This document shows positions 47,090 through 49,326 of a stretch of DNA of 49,326 nucleotides, in pieces (within the stretch, counting starts at the first letter, position 1; each line of letters opens with the position of its first letter). Under the pieces are notes generated by a model that saw only the letters and a list, made by a program, of their open reading frames with translations, did no database searches and was not told where the DNA came from. The position numbers and the translations under genes are program-made. Origin of the DNA: Betaproteobacteria bacterium (GTDB lineage: Bacteria > Pseudomonadota > Gammaproteobacteria > Burkholderiales > JACQAP01); assembly GCA_025351455.1 (NCBI GenBank), contig JANXVW010000264.1, positions 1 to 49,326 on the forward strand, written 5' to 3'.

Positions 47090-48664
47090 TCAGGAACTTT
47101 TTTTGCCGTCGATCATGAGCCAGGCACCCAGCGCGCTTAGTAATGCCAGTGCGGCGCTCAGCAGCATGATCCAGCGGAAACCGGCCACGTAGGCTTCGCC
47201 GATCGCGCGCCTTACCATTGCTGCGCTCGCGCCATCGAGGTTGGCGGGAAGCGCGGCGCCGGCGAGCTTGTCGCGCTGACCCTCGAGGAACGCCGCAACC
47301 TCGCGCGAAACATCCATCGCCAGGAGCTTCGTCGTCAGGCTGGAATCGAATACCCAGGCCATGACCATGCCGAAGACGGCAATGGCCAGCAGGGCGGCGG
47401 TCCTGGACACGGCGTTGTTCACCCCGGACGCAATGCCCGCCAGGTCCTGACCTATCGAATTCATCACCGTCGTCGTCAGGGGTGCGACGGTAACCGCCAT
47501 CCCGAAGCCGAGCACGACGACCGCCGGAAAAAATGTCAGCCAATAGCTGCCACCGATGCCGGGCCAGGCGAACAACGCGAAGCCGCAGGCGGCTATGGCC
47601 GGACCCGCCACGAGCGGCAGTTTCGCGCCCACCTGATCGACCAGTTTTCCAGACCAGCGCGACAGGAAGAACAGGATCAAGATGAACGGCAAAAGCGCCG
47701 CCCCGGCGGCGGTCGCGGAATATTCCTGGACCTGGATCAGGTTCAGCGGAAAAAAGAACAGGCCGCCGCCGAGCGCCGCATACAGCCAGAGGGTCAGCAA
47801 ATTGGCGCCCGCGAAATTGCGGTTCCTGAACAACGACAATGGCACCATGGGCGCGCGTGCGCGTTGCTCCGCCACTGCGAACAACGCCATCGCCGCAATG
47901 CCGGTCAGCAGTGCCGCGAGAACCGCGGCGGAATTCCAGTGCCGGGCCGGCGCTTCAATGAATGCGTACACGATGCCGCCGAGTCCGACCGTCGCGAGCA
48001 GCGATCCCCAGCCGTCGAGAGTCCGGGTCGCGGCGCTGCGGGTCTCGGGAACATGACGCCATCCGATCGCCAGCACGACTGCGGCCAGCGGCACGTTGAT
48101 GAGAAACGCCCACTTCCAGGAATAATGGTCCACCAGGAATCCTCCGATGACGGGACCGCCCGCCGCCGCGATGCCGCTGAAGCCGGACCAGGTACCGATG
48201 GCGCGGCCGCGTTCGTTTTCCGGAAAAGAGGCGCTGATGAGCGCCAGGCTGCCCGGTACCAGCAGCGCGCCGCCGATGCCCTGTAGCGCCCGCGCGAATA
48301 TCAGCATGTGCACGTCGCGGGACAGCGCACAGCCGGTGGACGCCGCGGCGAACAAGGCAATGCCGATCAGGAAAACATTGCGCCGCCCGAAGTGATCGCC
48401 GAGCGCGCCGCCCACCAGCAACAGCGAGGCGAGGAACAAGGCGTAGGACTCGACCACCCATTGCATTTCGGCTGCCGTCGCCTGCAAATCGCGCTGGATG
48501 GCGGGCAGCGCGACATTCACGACCGTACCGTCGATGAATGCCATGCCCGAGCCGATGATTGTCGCGACCAGCACCCAGCGCTTCACCGATGGCGCATGTG
48601 ACACCGCCGTATCCCCGTGCCGGATTGCGGCGTCGTCGCAAGGCGATTTGCCGATCTGGGTCAT
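47090..48664 (-). CDS. MFS transporter (DHA2/EmrB-QacA-like)
   Basis: 'DGTVVNVALP', 'GGALGDHFGRR', 'ARALQGIGGAL', 'WAFLINVP'; ~14 TM segments. Confidence 0.92.
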   Translation of the reverse strand: MTQIGKSPCDDAAIRHGDTAVSHAPSVKRWVLVATIIGSGMAFIDGTVVNVALPAIQRDLQATAAEMQWVVESYALFLASLLLVGGALGDHFGRRNVFLIGIALFAAASTGCALSRDVHMLIFARALQGIGGALLVPGSLALISASFPENERGRAIGTWSGFSGIAAAGGPVIGGFLVDHYSWKWAFLINVPLAAVVLAIGWRHVPETRSAATRTLDGWGSLLATVGLGGIVYAFIEAPARHWNSAAVLAALLTGIAAMALFAVAEQRARAPMVPLSLFRNRNFAGANLLTLWLYAALGGGLFFFPLNLIQVQEYSATAAGAALLPFILILFFLSRWSGKLVDQVGAKLPLVAGPAIAACGFALFAWPGIGGSYWLTFFPAVVVLGFGMAVTVAPLTTTVMNSIGQDLAGIASGVNNAVSRTAALLAIAVFGMVMAWVFDSSLTTKLLAMDVSREVAAFLEGQRDKLAGAALPANLDGASAAMVRRAIGEAYVAGFRWIMLLSAALALLSALGAWLMIDGKKSS

Positions 48665-48895
48665 TTCGTTTTAGTTCCGTTTGCGCCCGTTTCGTTCAGG
48701 ATGCCCGACCATGCGGAATCCTGTCACGGACGGTCCGTCAGTTTTGGCACCGCTGACGGGCACCTCCTGCGATAGCCGGATTCTCGTCAGGTTACCGTGC
48801 GCTTGATTGTATTTGACCTACTCGTCTGCGAGGCGATAGATTCATGGCTGAACAATCGTGAGGTAGTCCCTTCCCGGCAAAAACAGGAGGCATCG

Positions 48896-49285
48896 ATGCG
48901 TACGCTGACCAAGGCAGTAGTGACCACCATCCTTCCCGTCAAGGACATGGACCGGGCTCGTGATTTTTACGAGAAGAAGCTCGGGCTCGAACCTCGGGGA
49001 TTCGCGGCTGACGGGAATTATGTATTTGCCTGCGGGGGCGAAGCCCAGATCGCACTCATCACCAAGCCCGAAGGCACCAAGGCCGAGCACACGGCACTGA
49101 GCTTCGAAGTCCAGGGCATCGAGCGTGTCATCTCGGACCTGAAGGCCGAGGGCATCGTGTTTGAAGACTACGATTTCCCCAACCTCAGGACCGTCGACCA
49201 TGTGTGCGTCCTCGGCTCGGAGAAGGCAGCCTGGTTCAAGGACAGCGAAGGCAATTACCTGTGCGTACACGAGGGCCCGCACTGA
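48896..49285 (+). CDS. VOC/glyoxalase family protein
   Basis: 'LPVKDMDRARDFYEKKLGL', 'AWFKDSEGN'. RBS AGGAGG before ATG 48896. Confidence 0.88.
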   Translation: MRTLTKAVVTTILPVKDMDRARDFYEKKLGLEPRGFAADGNYVFACGGEAQIALITKPEGTKAEHTALSFEVQGIERVISDLKAEGIVFEDYDFPNLRTVDHVCVLGSEKAAWFKDSEGNYLCVHEGPH

Positions 49286-49326
49286 TCCATGTCGAACAGG
49301 AAACTCGAACGAGCCGTGCAATTTTC

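Noticed and set aside
1-49326. CRISPR arrays, tRNA/rRNA genes, transposases/integrases
   Set aside because: No regularly spaced repeat-spacer arrays, RNA-gene signatures or recombinase motifs seen.

Overview
GC-rich, probably betaproteobacterial window. Bases 1-~38,000 form a large exopolysaccharide locus of the eps/PEP-CTERM type. It carries epsA, epsB, epsD, epsE, epsF and epsG-like genes, a PEP-CTERM-like protein, Wzx and Wzy/WaaL-like genes, several GT4s, an AlgD-like dehydrogenase, AsnB, a WbpP-like epimerase and two lyase-like proteins. Embedded in it is a stand-alone adenylation domain + carrier protein + four GNATs + JmjC/cupin + flavin reductase block, which looks like a Dlt-like but MBOAT-free polymer (amino)acylation system, and an unusual GT4/beta-propeller fusion. 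At 38.0-42.9 kb, three unrelated minus-strand genes (orphan PhoB paralogue, unknown lipoprotein, DUF3494 ice-binding lipoprotein) share the same non-coding module: a TGTGCG-N4-CGCACA-like palindrome exactly 29.5 bp from a GATAGT -10 element, followed by a conserved ~100-115 nt three-hairpin 5' leader. The right end holds an M61 peptidase, a 30-bp inverted-repeat element, a spermidine-synthase-like protein, KdoO, an MFS transporter and a VOC protein. All calls come from reading motifs by eye; no database searches were run.
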